Origin: Intoshia linei
Lineage: Eukaryota; Animalia; Orthonectida
Reading direction: 5' to 3'
DNA: 64,000 bases
Assembly (NCBI GenBank): GCA_001642005.1
Contig: LWCA01000010.1
Span: 30,747 to 94,746, forward strand
The notes below the pieces were generated by a model that was not told the DNA's origin, did no database searches, and saw nothing but the letters and a program-made list of their open reading frames with translations. Of this stretch, positions 25,017 to 37,700 are shown one piece after another (the stretch's first letter is position 1; every line of letters starts with the position of its first letter). The position numbers and the translations under genes are program-made.

Positions 25017-25484
25017 CTAAAAAGATGTTTATGATATAACATGCTTATATATACATGTATATTCTACAATGTAGAATCTACATAATTATAGTTAATTAAT
25101 AACAAATATTAATTACATAAATTTGATGAAATGTTACCTGTTTAAAAATTATTAAAAATTGGCGCCATTTTAAAACTCGCTTAAGTGAAAATGCTCATTA
25201 AAGCGTAATTTCATAGACATAAGAAAGATCTCTTTAAAAATTAATAAATACTAAAAATAAATATAGAATGCAATCAAAATATTTTAATTAACCTTGATCT
25301 TTAATTAGATTTTTAGTGTTAAAATGTGGAACTTTTTGTGATTAACATGTTTCCCTACTAACAATTTTAGTAATTTAGTTACCGCGATTTTTTAAAAATT
25401 CAACAACTGGTAATATTTTTTGTTATTGTCATAAATACATATTTATTTATTTTTTCATATTTTTTTTGTGTTTCATGTTATTAC

Positions 25485-25682
25485 TAGAGGTGGAAATTAT
25501 GGCCACAACACAATACTCAAGCTCAAAAAAATTTACTCAATACTCAACACAATACTTAAACTTAAAAAAATTTTTCTACAATAATCAAGCCCAATTTTTT
25601 TTTACACAATACTCAAGCTCAAAAATTTTTTGCACAATGAGCATGCTCAACACAAAACTCATTGAGTTTTGTGTCACTTCTA
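25485..25682. mobile_element. 198-bp hAT-like MITE with subterminal repeats and perfect TSD GTTATTAC
   Basis: TAGAGGTG...CACTTCTA ends; repeated CAATACTCAAGCTC units; empty site visible in the paralogous repeat near 13443. Confidence 0.8.
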
Positions 25683-25976
25683 GTTATTACTCAAATTATT
25701 ACATGTAACACATTTGTTCAGACTGTTCCTGTACGTGATTTTACAATTAACCCTTCAGTTAAAATAAATGTTAATTTATTTTAATATGTGTAAAATTCAC
25801 CCAAAATATGCTTTTATAATAACAAATTAATATTAATTTAAATTAAATTAAAAATTAACAATAATAAGAATAATTCATTTTAAATTAAATGGTAGTGTGA
25901 AATGAAGAGTCCATGGTAAAACAAATTTGGGATCCACGCCTTTAAAGTATTGGTGCATACTATAACATATGTACAT

Positions 25977-26148
25977 TAGGGTGTAACATTTTTTTTAAAT
26001 TTTTAGAATTTAATGGGAGATTAGCTATCAGTGTGTGTATTTTTATCGGCATCTTTGCAACACCCCATTCTAGATTATTTGATATATCATGATAATACAC
26101 AATTTCCGCACTAATCGCCCTTAATTCTTTGATGGGTGTGACACCTTA
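25977..26148. mobile_element. 172-bp TAGGGTG-ended MITE with TSD ATGTACAT
   Basis: ATGTACAT|TAGGGTGTAACA ... TGTGACACCTTA|ATGTACAT, lying within a Helitron 3' fragment. Confidence 0.8.
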
Positions 26149-26422
26149 ATGTACATAATAATTGTAGTGAATAGTAGCATTTTTAAGTAAAATCATATTG
26201 AATTTACTTTTTGGGTAGAATTAAAAAAGTAATAAAAAGCTAGCACATAACAGTCAAGTTAGTAACTTATAAGCAAGTATACAAATTTGCCAATTTATTG
26301 GTCCAAAATAAGCCAAATATGACTTTTTATATACTGGAATTAAATAAAATGAATACTTGAATATAAATTTGAATATGTTTGTTTAGTATTTATTTCTTAT
26401 TTACACCTTGATATTAATCTTA

Positions 26423-26994
26423 ATGAGTCAAAAAAAGGGTTCATATTATGATGACGAAATGTCTAGTAATGATTTTTACCATAGTAGCGATAAAGATGAA
26501 GTGGATAGCATCGAAAACAAAAAACTGATTGTCACGGAATATGAAAAACAACCAATTTCAAAACCTTCAATTATACGCAAAGATAATAATATCAGTCAGA
26601 TTGACGATTATACTGTTAAAATTAACAAAAAGGTACGATTTGAAAATTTGAGTGAGCATTCTTGTGATTCTGATATTAAAGATCGAATAATTAATGATCA
26701 TCTCGTTTTTTCAATCGTTTCTCTAGTTTTCTTTTGGCCAATAGGTAACGTGATCTTTTCATTATATGAAAATTAATAATTTAGAAATGTATGTTTTGTT
26801 TAGGTATTTTTGCCATATTTGCATCGTTAAAGTGTAAGCAATATATTGAAACTGGAGTTAATTCTTTGGCTAGTGAATATTCATGCAAGGCATATCATTT
26901 GGCTACTAAAGCAATGATTATTGGATCCATAATATTTTTAACAATTTTATCCATTATTTCGATAATTATATTGTCGCTGCGGGTTGATTATTAA
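26423..26994 (+). CDS. CD225/dispanin-family membrane protein (PRRT/SynDIG/TRARG1-like); exons 26423-26744 and 26804-26994
   Basis: Disordered N-terminus, then DHLVFSIVSLVFFWPIG|IFAIFASLK...A...S.KA..L...IIG, the CD225 pattern; phase-1 59-nt GT-AG intron. Confidence 0.8.
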
Positions 26995-27309
26995 AATTTA
27001 TACATATTTCATTCTTTTGAATACTTGCAACTTTTTGTAACATTTAACTTCTGTTCACTGAATAGTTTTTTCAATGGCCACTTTTCAGTGCATTTTGTTC
27101 AAATAAACAAAACTACATGTATATAAAAGTAGCCTGATTGTTATGTACTTGGTACAAACAGCGACTAGCTCTGCAGAGTGGCCACTTTTTAATTTTAAGA
27201 CCGATTTTTTAATTTATTGAACCATGAGTGTATGATCTGTGATCTCTGATAATAAAAAGGGACTATTTGTAAGATCGAAATCATATTTTTGAATATCAAA
27301 TGTGTGGAC

Positions 27310-27580
27310 CAGTGTTTCTTAATTTTTTTACTTTAGGGCGCACTTGTTAAATACATAAAAATTTGGGCGCACCTTAAATTTTGATAGAAAAATCACATCG
27401 ATATTCGAAAATGCGCAAAAATTAAAGAAACAATGGAAATATAAAATTGTAATAATAATAAAAAAATGTTCATCAGACAATTATCAATGTAAAAGTTTGA
27501 AACTAATTTATAAAATTTTAAAAAAAAAAACACATTTTGATAAAATAAACTCAAATATCTATGTGGGTTAGGAATCACTG
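27310..27580. mobile_element. hAT-Charlie-type MITE nested in a minus-strand Helitron copy
   Basis: CAGTGTTTCTTAA ... TTAGGAATCACTG; TSD GTGTGGAC/GTGTAGAC. Confidence 0.75.
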
Positions 27581-29733
27581 GTGTAGACAGTCAATTGTCA
27601 TTTTTATTGAAATTATAAGATGAATATTTACACTTTTAATTTTAATTCAAAATTTGAAAAATGTTAGTTGATAATATATTAAAAGCCATTTTTCACCGAA
27701 ATGCGTAGATTTCTGAGGTTGAAATTTTTTGAGTCTATCAACTGGATTAAGCTTTATCAGAATTTTTTTTTTGATAATTCTAGCGTCGTTAATAAAATGT
27801 TATATCAAATGTTTGGTTTTACAATTATAATCCTTACTTACATATAACATTATATTACATTGTATATAACATGCTACGCAATTTTTGATTGTGTGTTTAT
27901 CTGTCTGTCTGTGTGTTCCACTTTATTGAAATAACTATCACTCTTAGAATTTTTTAAACACCACATTTCAATTACAGTATTTTTCGGGGCAAATTAATAA
28001 ATATCGTATAATAAGATAAATTTCAACCTCTCAATTTCATATCTTACAGGTTAAAAACCCCTGTGGTCCCTCTTTTTGAAAATCAAACGTATTCAAAAAT
28101 TTAAAAAAATATATACTCTGATACGGATTTTAAAATCATTAAAATTTAAATTTAAAATTAAAAAAATTTACAGGTGGTACAGTTGTATCCTGTTAACACA
28201 CACAAAAAATTAACGACTTTACGGTCAAAAAAGCATTTTAGTATTCATATATTTTTTTCCGAAATATTTTATTAAAAACAAAATTATGAAATAATTAACA
28301 GTCCGAAAATTAAAAAAAAAAATTTCTGATAGAGCTTATTCCAGTTAATATAAATACAAAATTTTAACCCCAGAAATCTACGCATTCCCGATNNNNNNTA
28401 AAATAAATGTAAAATTTACAAGTCATATTTTATATTTTGATTCAATTTAACTTTTTTAAAGGACAATAAAGGTAAGACACACAAAAATGATCTAAAATAG
28501 TATAACTTAGAGGTTTTAATAATTATAACAAATTGATTGAGATCAATCATCGTTACATTGCTTTATAAGCCACCAAAATAGGTTTTAATAAAGTATTATA
28601 GGATTAATAAAGCGGTGGGATTTCTGCTGTATATATGAAATTTTAATTTACTAACTAAATTTTTGATTTAAATTTGATACATTGATTTGTAATTTGAGTA
28701 ACATTAATAATCAAAATTTAAAAAATATAATTTACATCCTTTGAATATACATGTAATGTAATGTATTCATTATTTTATAAAAAAAAAACTTGATCAATAA
28801 TAACACTACACTGATGATCTATTATGTATATCATGATGAGACTTTCATGCAATATTATAGCAAAAATAAGGATATTTTTAGACAGGTTTAGGGCTCATTA
28901 TTAATGTATTACACGATATTTTTACACCAAATTTTCCTGCAATTCTCCCCTGCCAACCAAGTTAAATTGTTAACACAGGAAAACTTTTCTACGTACAAAA
29001 TTGTTCATTCGGACTTACTGAAATAATAAAATTTGTTAAATTTTATTTATAAAACATGTGTTCATTTATGTAAAATTTACATTGAAAACAGTAATTTTAT
29101 TTTAAATCCACATAAAACCAGGAATGCTGGTTAGGCCTTGGATCATATTTGATTTAAATTAAATTAATATCTTTTTACATATTACACATTAGATATTACA
29201 TGTCAGTAATAATTTACCATCTAAATTTAAAAAAAGGTAACACGTTATTTTATCATTTTATGTTTGTAAAAAATTGTATATATAGATTCAATGGAGCTTG
29301 AAACCAACATTATGAAAAAATTGGTTCATATTGATTATGAAATATCATCTTTTTTAAGTATGTAAAACTGAACAGATTCGACGATGGAATCTATTGTAAT
29401 GTATTTTCATTGTAATGAGTTATTAAATTTTATTTTTTAAATATTCATTAGTTGTCAACCGCTTACTCAGACCCTCCCAATTAACAGGACAATGAAAGAA
29501 ATTATATGTGTATTTATATATTTTCTTATTTCAGATTTTTTAAAGCACCTGGTCTGCCTTTTCTATCAATGCATATGTAAAAAGTGGTTCTCACAAAAAA
29601 AGTTAATCAGTCGTCTGTAATGCTTTTCAACTTTTTTTGTTTCAAGTAAATATTCAATAATCAAAATTTTCTAGATTCCCAGATAATTTTTAAGATGACA
29701 GCCACTTTCGAAATATACTTTTTTTGTGTATAA

Positions 29734-31101
29734 TCCTTACTTGTATAATATGCTATGCAATGTTTGTTTGTGTGTGTGTTACCGTTTATTTTGAATAACT
29801 TATAGTCTTAGAATTTTATAAAGTCCACATTTCAATTACAGTTTACTCCGGGACGTATAATAAGATAAATTTCAACATCCCAAACTCACATCTTACGGGT
29901 CAACAACCCCAATTGTCTTTTTTTTTGTAAATCAAACGGGTTGGAGAATTTAAAAAAATATATAAGATGATACGGATTTTAAAATCATAAACATTATCAT
30001 AAATTTAAATTTAAAAAAATTATATGTTCATGGCCAAAACAACAAATTACCTTTTTTGTTTTATGAAAACAGCCCTATAACTTAAAAAAAATAAAGAAAA
30101 CTTAAAAAAATTACAAGTGGTACAGTTGTATCCTATCAACACACACAAAAAATTTCAATCTGAATAAGTGACAACTACATGGTCAAAAAAGCATTTTAGT
30201 ATTCGTATATTTTTTTTCCTAAATATTTTATTAACAAAACATGTAACAAAAAATGTGAAATAATTAACTGTCCGAAAATTAAAAAAAAAGATTATTCTGA
30301 TAGAGCTTAATCCAGTTGATATAAATACAAAATTTCAACCCCAGAAATCTACGCATTCCCGGTGAAAAATAATTTTTAATATATTATCAACCAATATTTT
30401 TGAAATATTTCGATTAAAATAAAAATTGAAAATATAAATATTGATCCTACAATTTCAAAAAAAATATGCATTGAACGTCTACACATTTCCAATAAAGAAA
30501 CATGGGTGAAAATCTATATAATTCATTCCTTCGCAATNTATTTTATTATTATTTTATTAAATATGAAATAATTATCTGTCCGAAAATTAAAAAAAAAATT
30601 ATTCTGATAAAGATTATTCCAGTTAATATAAATACAAAATTTCAACTCCATAAATCTACGCATTCCCGGTGAAAAATAATTAATAATTTTTAATATATTA
30701 TCAACCAATATTTTTCAAATATTTCGATTAAAATCAAAAGTTGAAAATATAAATATTGATCCTACGATTTCAAAAAAAAATGTAAATTGTACGTCTTCAC
30801 ATTTCCAATTAATACATATGGGTCAAATTCTATATAATTCATTCCTTTGGAATTTTTTTCATTTCTACGCAATTTTTAAATTTCAAATTTTCATTTTCAA
30901 AAAATTTTGTAAATTTTAATAAAATTATACACTACAGCAACGTATTTATAAAATTAAGTTTATACTAACTTAAAAGTAATTATCAAGATTATCAAAGTAA
31001 TTATTATCATCACCTGGAAAAAAAATAAATAACAATTATTTGATATACGTTCTCGGTAGAGCTAGGTGCTGTTTATACATAGTATAAACCAGCCAAGCTT
31101 G
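29734..31101 (+). mobile_element. Near full-length non-autonomous Helitron (internal duplication at N 30538)
   Basis: A|TCCTTACTTGTATAATATGCTA start, TG microsatellite, family body, CGGTAGAGCTAGGTGCTG...GCCAAGCTTG|T end. Confidence 0.7.
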
Positions 31102-32184
31102 TTTAAAATATAATACTAAAAATTTTATAATCATTTTTTAAAATTAGTTACAATTTCATGTACGTAAGTTTAAATCACGTTAAAATTTAAAATGCGTCTA
31201 TATTGAAAAAGAAAACTTAAACGTTTTATAAAGCAGATGGATAATACAATTACTTAAAAAAAGGGAATATGTATATTACGCTTAAAAAAGATTGTTGTTA
31301 GATAATATTTTATTTACTGATTTACTATTTGGTAAATTCATTTTTTAATATAAATATAATATTAAAAAAATAATTAATTTCAGTTGTAAAAATCGAATTA
31401 TAACCATTTTTTTAAATTTTGGTCGATATGCCGTGGACACGATTATATTTCATAAACTACATTATCAAAAATTTTTTAAAATATTTAATTTGAAAGAATA
31501 AATCAATGGTACTATAAAACATTTCGCAATTAAATATTTAGCATTAAATATCAAAATTATTGGGAAAATTAACATTTTTATTTTTTTTTCATAAATGATA
31601 TATTTTATTAATATTAGAAAAAATATCAGTAATTTTATATTTACGTGTAACATCTTATTAAATTTCATATAAATTTTGTAATATACACGTTGTTGTGATT
31701 CTGTAAGAATATTAAGAGACACTTAAATAATAAAACTTTTATTAAATTAAACTAAATTTAGGATTCAATTATAGTAAAGTATAAGTGATATTTAATATAG
31801 TGTCATAGATACTACACACTATATTAAAAAAGTATCTTAGATATTTTAATAAAATATTCAAAGTGTGGTAGGTTATAATTTACTATTGAAATAAATATAA
31901 TGGCATGTTTTTCATCCTTGATCTAATATATAGTGAAATACCTGTAGCAATATTGATCAAAATCAAAAAAATCATGCTTATGTAAAACGTATTCATAATA
32001 TCAATAAATTTATGTTATGAATTTAAATTATAAGTTATTAAAATAATAGATAAAAAGATAAACCAGATAAGCCCAACCCAATATCGCCATAAATGTCGGG
32101 GAAAAAAATGGCGGTATTTAGAGGTCTGACTGTACATTAGGGTTCACATCGATTTAAAATTTTGATATTTTTTAAAACGTACCA

Positions 32185-32723
32185 CATGGGCGGATCAAAG
32201 AGGCTACTTCATGGGGTGCAAGCGAAGCAATCTAAATATTTACTTCGCCAAAGGGGAAAAAAATTTAGTGCGTCTCTTTTAATATCAAGATGTCTAGTTT
32301 GATTTTAAAGCGTCTCGTTTAATTTCATTTAAAGATTGTTATACAATAGTTTCCAAATTTGTATTTTTTCGCAAAAATAAAAAAAATGATCAGCACAAAA
32401 AAAAAGAAATTAATTTTGTTCATTAAATAATCCTAAATCAATTAGGTCCAGTCTTCTTGGATGAAGTATTATAAATTCATTAACCAAACTTTCAATATGA
32501 AAATTATAGTCATAGTGGAAATTCATGCAGGCCAATCCACATAACAAAAGGCCTCAAGTCACATGATCAATTGTTCATGTAATGACATGTAATTTTATGC
32601 GCCATCTATATTGTTTTAATAAATTAAAACGTTTTTCAGTTATTTTACAAAACATTAATTAAAATTTTTTTTAAAAATTTAGGGATGCAACTGCACCTTC
32701 TGCACCCCTTGAATCCGCCCCTG
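32185..32723. mobile_element. TIR element with CA(T/G)GGGCGGAT termini
   Basis: CATGGGCGGATCAAAG / CTTGAATCCGCCCCTG; flanks TACCA / TATCA. Confidence 0.65.
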
Positions 32724-33252
32724 TATCAAATAGATGTAGAATAAGAATTTGGCGACTGGTGTTTAATTTGGCTTACGCAAAATAATATAATGAAAATATA
32801 ATTGTTGTACTGAAACAGCATTATTATTATCATCAATTGAAAAAATTAAATTGATTGATATTAAAGTGGAACAAATTTAATTTCACAAATAAAATAATGC
32901 AGACATTTTTATAAATACAAGCTTATAATTTTATTATTTGATAACACTGAATTGTTATACCTAAGTTATTGTATATTTAAATAAGTTGGTGCGTTGTTTT
33001 ACTACTAGTCTATGGTAATTGATGTCTGGCGATGAATAGAACATGAATTGTAGGCTTATTAGAATGTACCTATTGGAAACAATAATTTGTCGATTATCAT
33101 TGATAAGAAAATTAACGCATTGTAGTCCAATCGTTGTTAACATTTATTGATAACGCGTTGTCGTCTAATACATGTTGCTAGCTATTTGTTTATCGGCTAA
33201 TATTGTTTCATTTTTAAAAGAAATAAAATAAAACATTTAAAAATTGGATAAA

Positions 33253-34457
33253 ATGAGTGCAACAGCAAATAGTGATTATCAAACGAATCAATCGTCAGTT
33301 ACTACATCAGTAGACGAGAATAAAAAGTATGCAGATAATGGTACGTCTCAATTTCTAAAAAATAATTTTAAAAAAAATTAGATGATACAATGCTTAAAAC
33401 GACAATGTTGCAAATGTGGTCCAAACGATTTTATTTTGACTTAAAACAGAATGAGCATGGATACTTTATTAAAATAGCTCAGGTATAAATGGTAAAAACG
33501 TTCTAATTTTTTAGGTGAGTTTTAGTGGACGCAAACAACGAGTTTTATTTGTTTCACGGATGATTGAATTATTTATGAAAAAACTTTTTGAAGTTCTTGC
33601 TGCAAGCGAAAATATTAGTAAACTATATTATTTTATATTTTTAATTTTTAAATAATTTTCAGCTGCTGAATCAGAAGTCCCGGAAAATGGTCGATATTTG
33701 ACAGAGTTTGTATCTTATAAAAGCAGACGATATTTTATTGATTTAATGCATGGTACGAAGGGTAATTACATCAAGGTAAACTTTTTATTACATTTCATTC
33801 ATTTTAATGTAGATATCTCAAACAATTAAGATTGCTAATAAGCGTTCTACGATTAATGTTCCCATGGTCCATATTCATACGTTTATCGAAACTTTTATCA
33901 ACACTCTTAAAATCCCTGAACATCCATCACTAGAGGAACTGTATAATAATATTATGAAAATGTCAAATGGTGAAATTAAACAACCTACTGTTTCTATTCC
34001 ATTAAATGGGACTAAAAATGCGGTGCGTCAGACAAAGTTTAATGATAAGAAAACTGGAAAAAAATCCAACAAGGTTTGCTCTGAAACGTTGAGATGGGAA
34101 CGAAGAACGTATCATATATCAGTTATGCAGGATGTCAAGGGTAGATTTATTCGAATTAGTTATCCTCAAAACAAGCAATATCTTACTCTACCAATTACTT
34201 GCATTTCAGAACTGACAGAATCTCTTGGTCGGTTAAATGAAGAACAAAGCGCCGTACCATATGATAAATTGGAAAATACATCTACCACGGGAGTTTTATC
34301 GGAAGATAATGTAGATAGATGTATGATAGATGTTACCGTAGGTAACAATGATTCTGCTTTAGGGAATGGTTCTTTAGAAGAAACTGTAAAAAAAATTGAC
34401 TTTTTGCAAATTAATGGCGTTCCAATCAATGGAGCTGCCGAAGTTAACGATAATTAA
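33253..34457 (+). CDS. Pur-alpha family ssDNA/RNA-binding protein (three PUR repeats), 5 exons
   Basis: KRFYFDLKQNEHGYFIKIAQ, RRYFIDLMHGTKGNYIKISQ and RRTYHISVMQDVKGRFIRIS correspond to PUR repeats I-III; four short GT-AG introns. Confidence 0.85.
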
Positions 34458-34752
34458 TATATAAACTACCTTTGCAGTAATACCAATCAAGATCGTGTAC
34501 AGTTTTATTGACTATTACACCTCTTCCAAATGGATTATTCGTTATTAATATCTTATTTAAATATTGAAAACTGCAAAGATTTATTTCTCATTTATTTGTC
34601 TTAATCTTAGTTCTTTACTTTATTTGAAATTTAATTAGAGATTAACTAATTTGTTATTTCAGTGTAAAGAGGCTTAATAAATTATGTATCTATCTGATTT
34701 GATTTTAAGTATTTAATTCATTTAATTAATATACAGTATACTGTATTAAAAT

Positions 34753-37700
34753 TTATTTATTTTCGTTTCGTAAACTTTCCTTGTTTGCGTCTAGTTCTGG
34801 TGATATTAAGTCGACCTGATTATTTTCCAATTTCATAATTGTTCTTACGAGGGGTGTGTACAAATTAGCGTCTTTAATGACTTGTTCTAATTTTATTTTT
34901 AATTTGTATTCATTTTTTTACCTCGAGGTCGTCTCCAAAATAATGTCATAAAAGAACCCATAATCAGACTCATCATTGTTCCGTTCATTGTCGTATACAA
35001 AAAAGAAATTCGAAATAAAAATTGAAAGACTATTCTAAATTTAAATTAAAATATAATTTTTTACAATCAAACACCATATATTGTAAGACAGGGTGATTGG
35101 TAAGTAACGCCCGATTTTGATTTTGAACACTTAAAGTTTTTCCTATTAAATTTAAATACAATTGTATTTTGTTGGATTTTCTTCAAAAAAAGCACAATAA
35201 AATTTTTGTAAAAACGACTGGCTGTTCATAGCGTGAAAGTATGGGGACATGGTTAAAATAAGAAGGAAGTCACCATAAGTAACTATGTAAATAAATTTGT
35301 TTTTGTCGTATTGTTTCAATTTAAGTTGCAGTTTGATCATTGGACGCCAGTTTATATGAACATGTAAAGTAATATGAACATCGGGCGTTACTTACCAATC
35401 ACTCTGTACATTACTTACTTTTTTTTAAATTTAATAATATATATTTGGGCTATTCCATTTGTATCTTATTTTAATATCAAAATGGCATAGATTTGTATAT
35501 AGGTAATGAACATAGTTTAATATTTAACAGAATTTTTGTTTCATACAAATTCGTGAAGAAAAAAGAAATACTTCGAAACTATGTTAAAATAGAATTCCGC
35601 TAACAAAAATTGTGTCTACTCTTATAATGCGAAAGAAATTTTTCTCTGTCATAAAAAATTTAAAAAATACAAAGAATGACAAAACTATTGACAGAAATTA
35701 TCCTAAAATCGTAGAAACCATTAAAAAATATATTTGAAAAAAGTAATTTTTATATATAATATACAAATGTATTTATAAATATGCATTAAGTTAGTTTAAT
35801 CTCATTTCATGGTAATTAGAATATCTAATCAAAATTTTTAATGATATATTTTCTCATTGTGCATTCTAAATACATCGAAACCTGAAAAATTATTCTTGAT
35901 AAGAATTTATATAGTATCTAACACAAGGGTGCACAACCTTTCCACAATTCAACCACAATGCTACTTTTCTCATTGGTGCTACGGTCGCACAAAATTTACT
36001 TGGAAATTGAGAAAGTTTACTCTGGACCTAAATTTTAGGTCTAATGAAATATTTTTCTTTAAATTTAAATATCAGCAAGTTTTAATTAATAATTTTCAAT
36101 TAAAATTAATCATTAATTCATTCATATAAATTAACACTACATTTGTCATTTATCTGAATCTGAATAAATAGCAATGGTAGGATTAATACAGTGCTTCTCA
36201 TGGTGGTGGCTGGTCACCCCAAAAGGTAACTACGAAAATTTAAATGATTATAGGCTAATCTACAATTTTCAATATATTTCATTAAATCACCCAATTTAAT
36301 ATAGTCTTATGAGAAAAAAACATAATGTTACCAACCCTTAAGGAAAAAATCCCTTTTAACCAATATTTTTTTTAAAAATCCATTTTTACCAACACTTAAA
36401 AAAAAACCGCTTTTATTAATATTTTTATGAAAAATCTTATTTTATTAAATTTTTAGATTAATAATTCTTTTTACTGATTTCATAAGAAAAAACCTGAATT
36501 TAAAAAAATTTGAAAAATCTCCTTTTACTAATATTTTTTTATAAATAATATAAAAAACATTAATCATTCATTTTTCGGTGAATAATTAATAATAATAATA
36601 ATTGGACAACAGAAAAAAGTTCCATTAAAACCGTTTTGTTCATACATTAGAGTGGAAAACATAAAAAAAATTTAAATATTAATTGTGACTAGGGTTCAAC
36701 GTTTTAGTGTGATTCTATTGTGTTAATTATTAAAATTTCTGTGTCGTTTTAAGATCAACCTGACACACTTCACAACACGTGGAATCGTTTTCTAGTTAAA
36801 AATAATCAACTGAATTTACAAAGCAATCACGTGAGGATGTTTTTGTATTATTTGATCCTGAAGTTCTACCCATTTCAATATGGTTTAACATTTATTATTG
36901 ATATTTGAGATAGTAAAATTTATTGTGGGGATCTATTTTTTGGCTTGTAAATATTTAACATTAAAAGCCTTTAAATACCTGTTATACGAAATTTAAATTA
37001 TGAACAGTTATTAGTTTTATATTTTTGATTGATATAAAATAATTAGGTCTTTTAATAACATCATTATCGTGTAATTGAAGTATTAAATAGATTCACACTA
37101 AAACATTGAACCCTAATAATGACATAAAAAAAATATCAGTGATTGCCTTGAATTTGTGTGCTATTTGCTAACATTTGAAAAACTGGGGCAAAGTCAAGAA
37201 TGTAACTTTTTGACTAAAATATTTTAAATAGACCTTATATAACATCTCATTTTGACTTTTCAATTTGAAGTAAAATGATGTAATGTAAAATAATCAGATG
37301 TATTGCCCACGACGGCACATAAACTCTCTCACGGCCGCATGTTTTGCATCCCTGCAAAGCCGTCTTAAGCCAATTCGAGTGCCTGGGCTTAGCAAAGGGC
37401 CGGGCCCTTTAAAATTTCAAACGAAGCGATAAAAAAAATTAGGACCCTTGTTTAAAAGACACGGCATACTTTTGGTTGGAGACTTAGTCTTATTTCATTG
37501 ATTATTAATAAAAGCATAAAAGCAAAAGATATTATGTAGGTTTCTAGAAAATTTTATTTCTTTTACAAAAACTTACTTACATTAATTAATAAACAAATTT
37601 TACTTTTCCATTTGAATACTACTTTTTTTTTGAATATTTTTTTTAAAAAGGTTGTAATTTTCATTTGAAATAGAGTTTTTGTCAATTTATTATTATTTTT

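Noticed and set aside
30539-30850. Tandem duplication within the Helitron copy
   Set aside because: Starts at the N at 30538; probable contig-join artefact.
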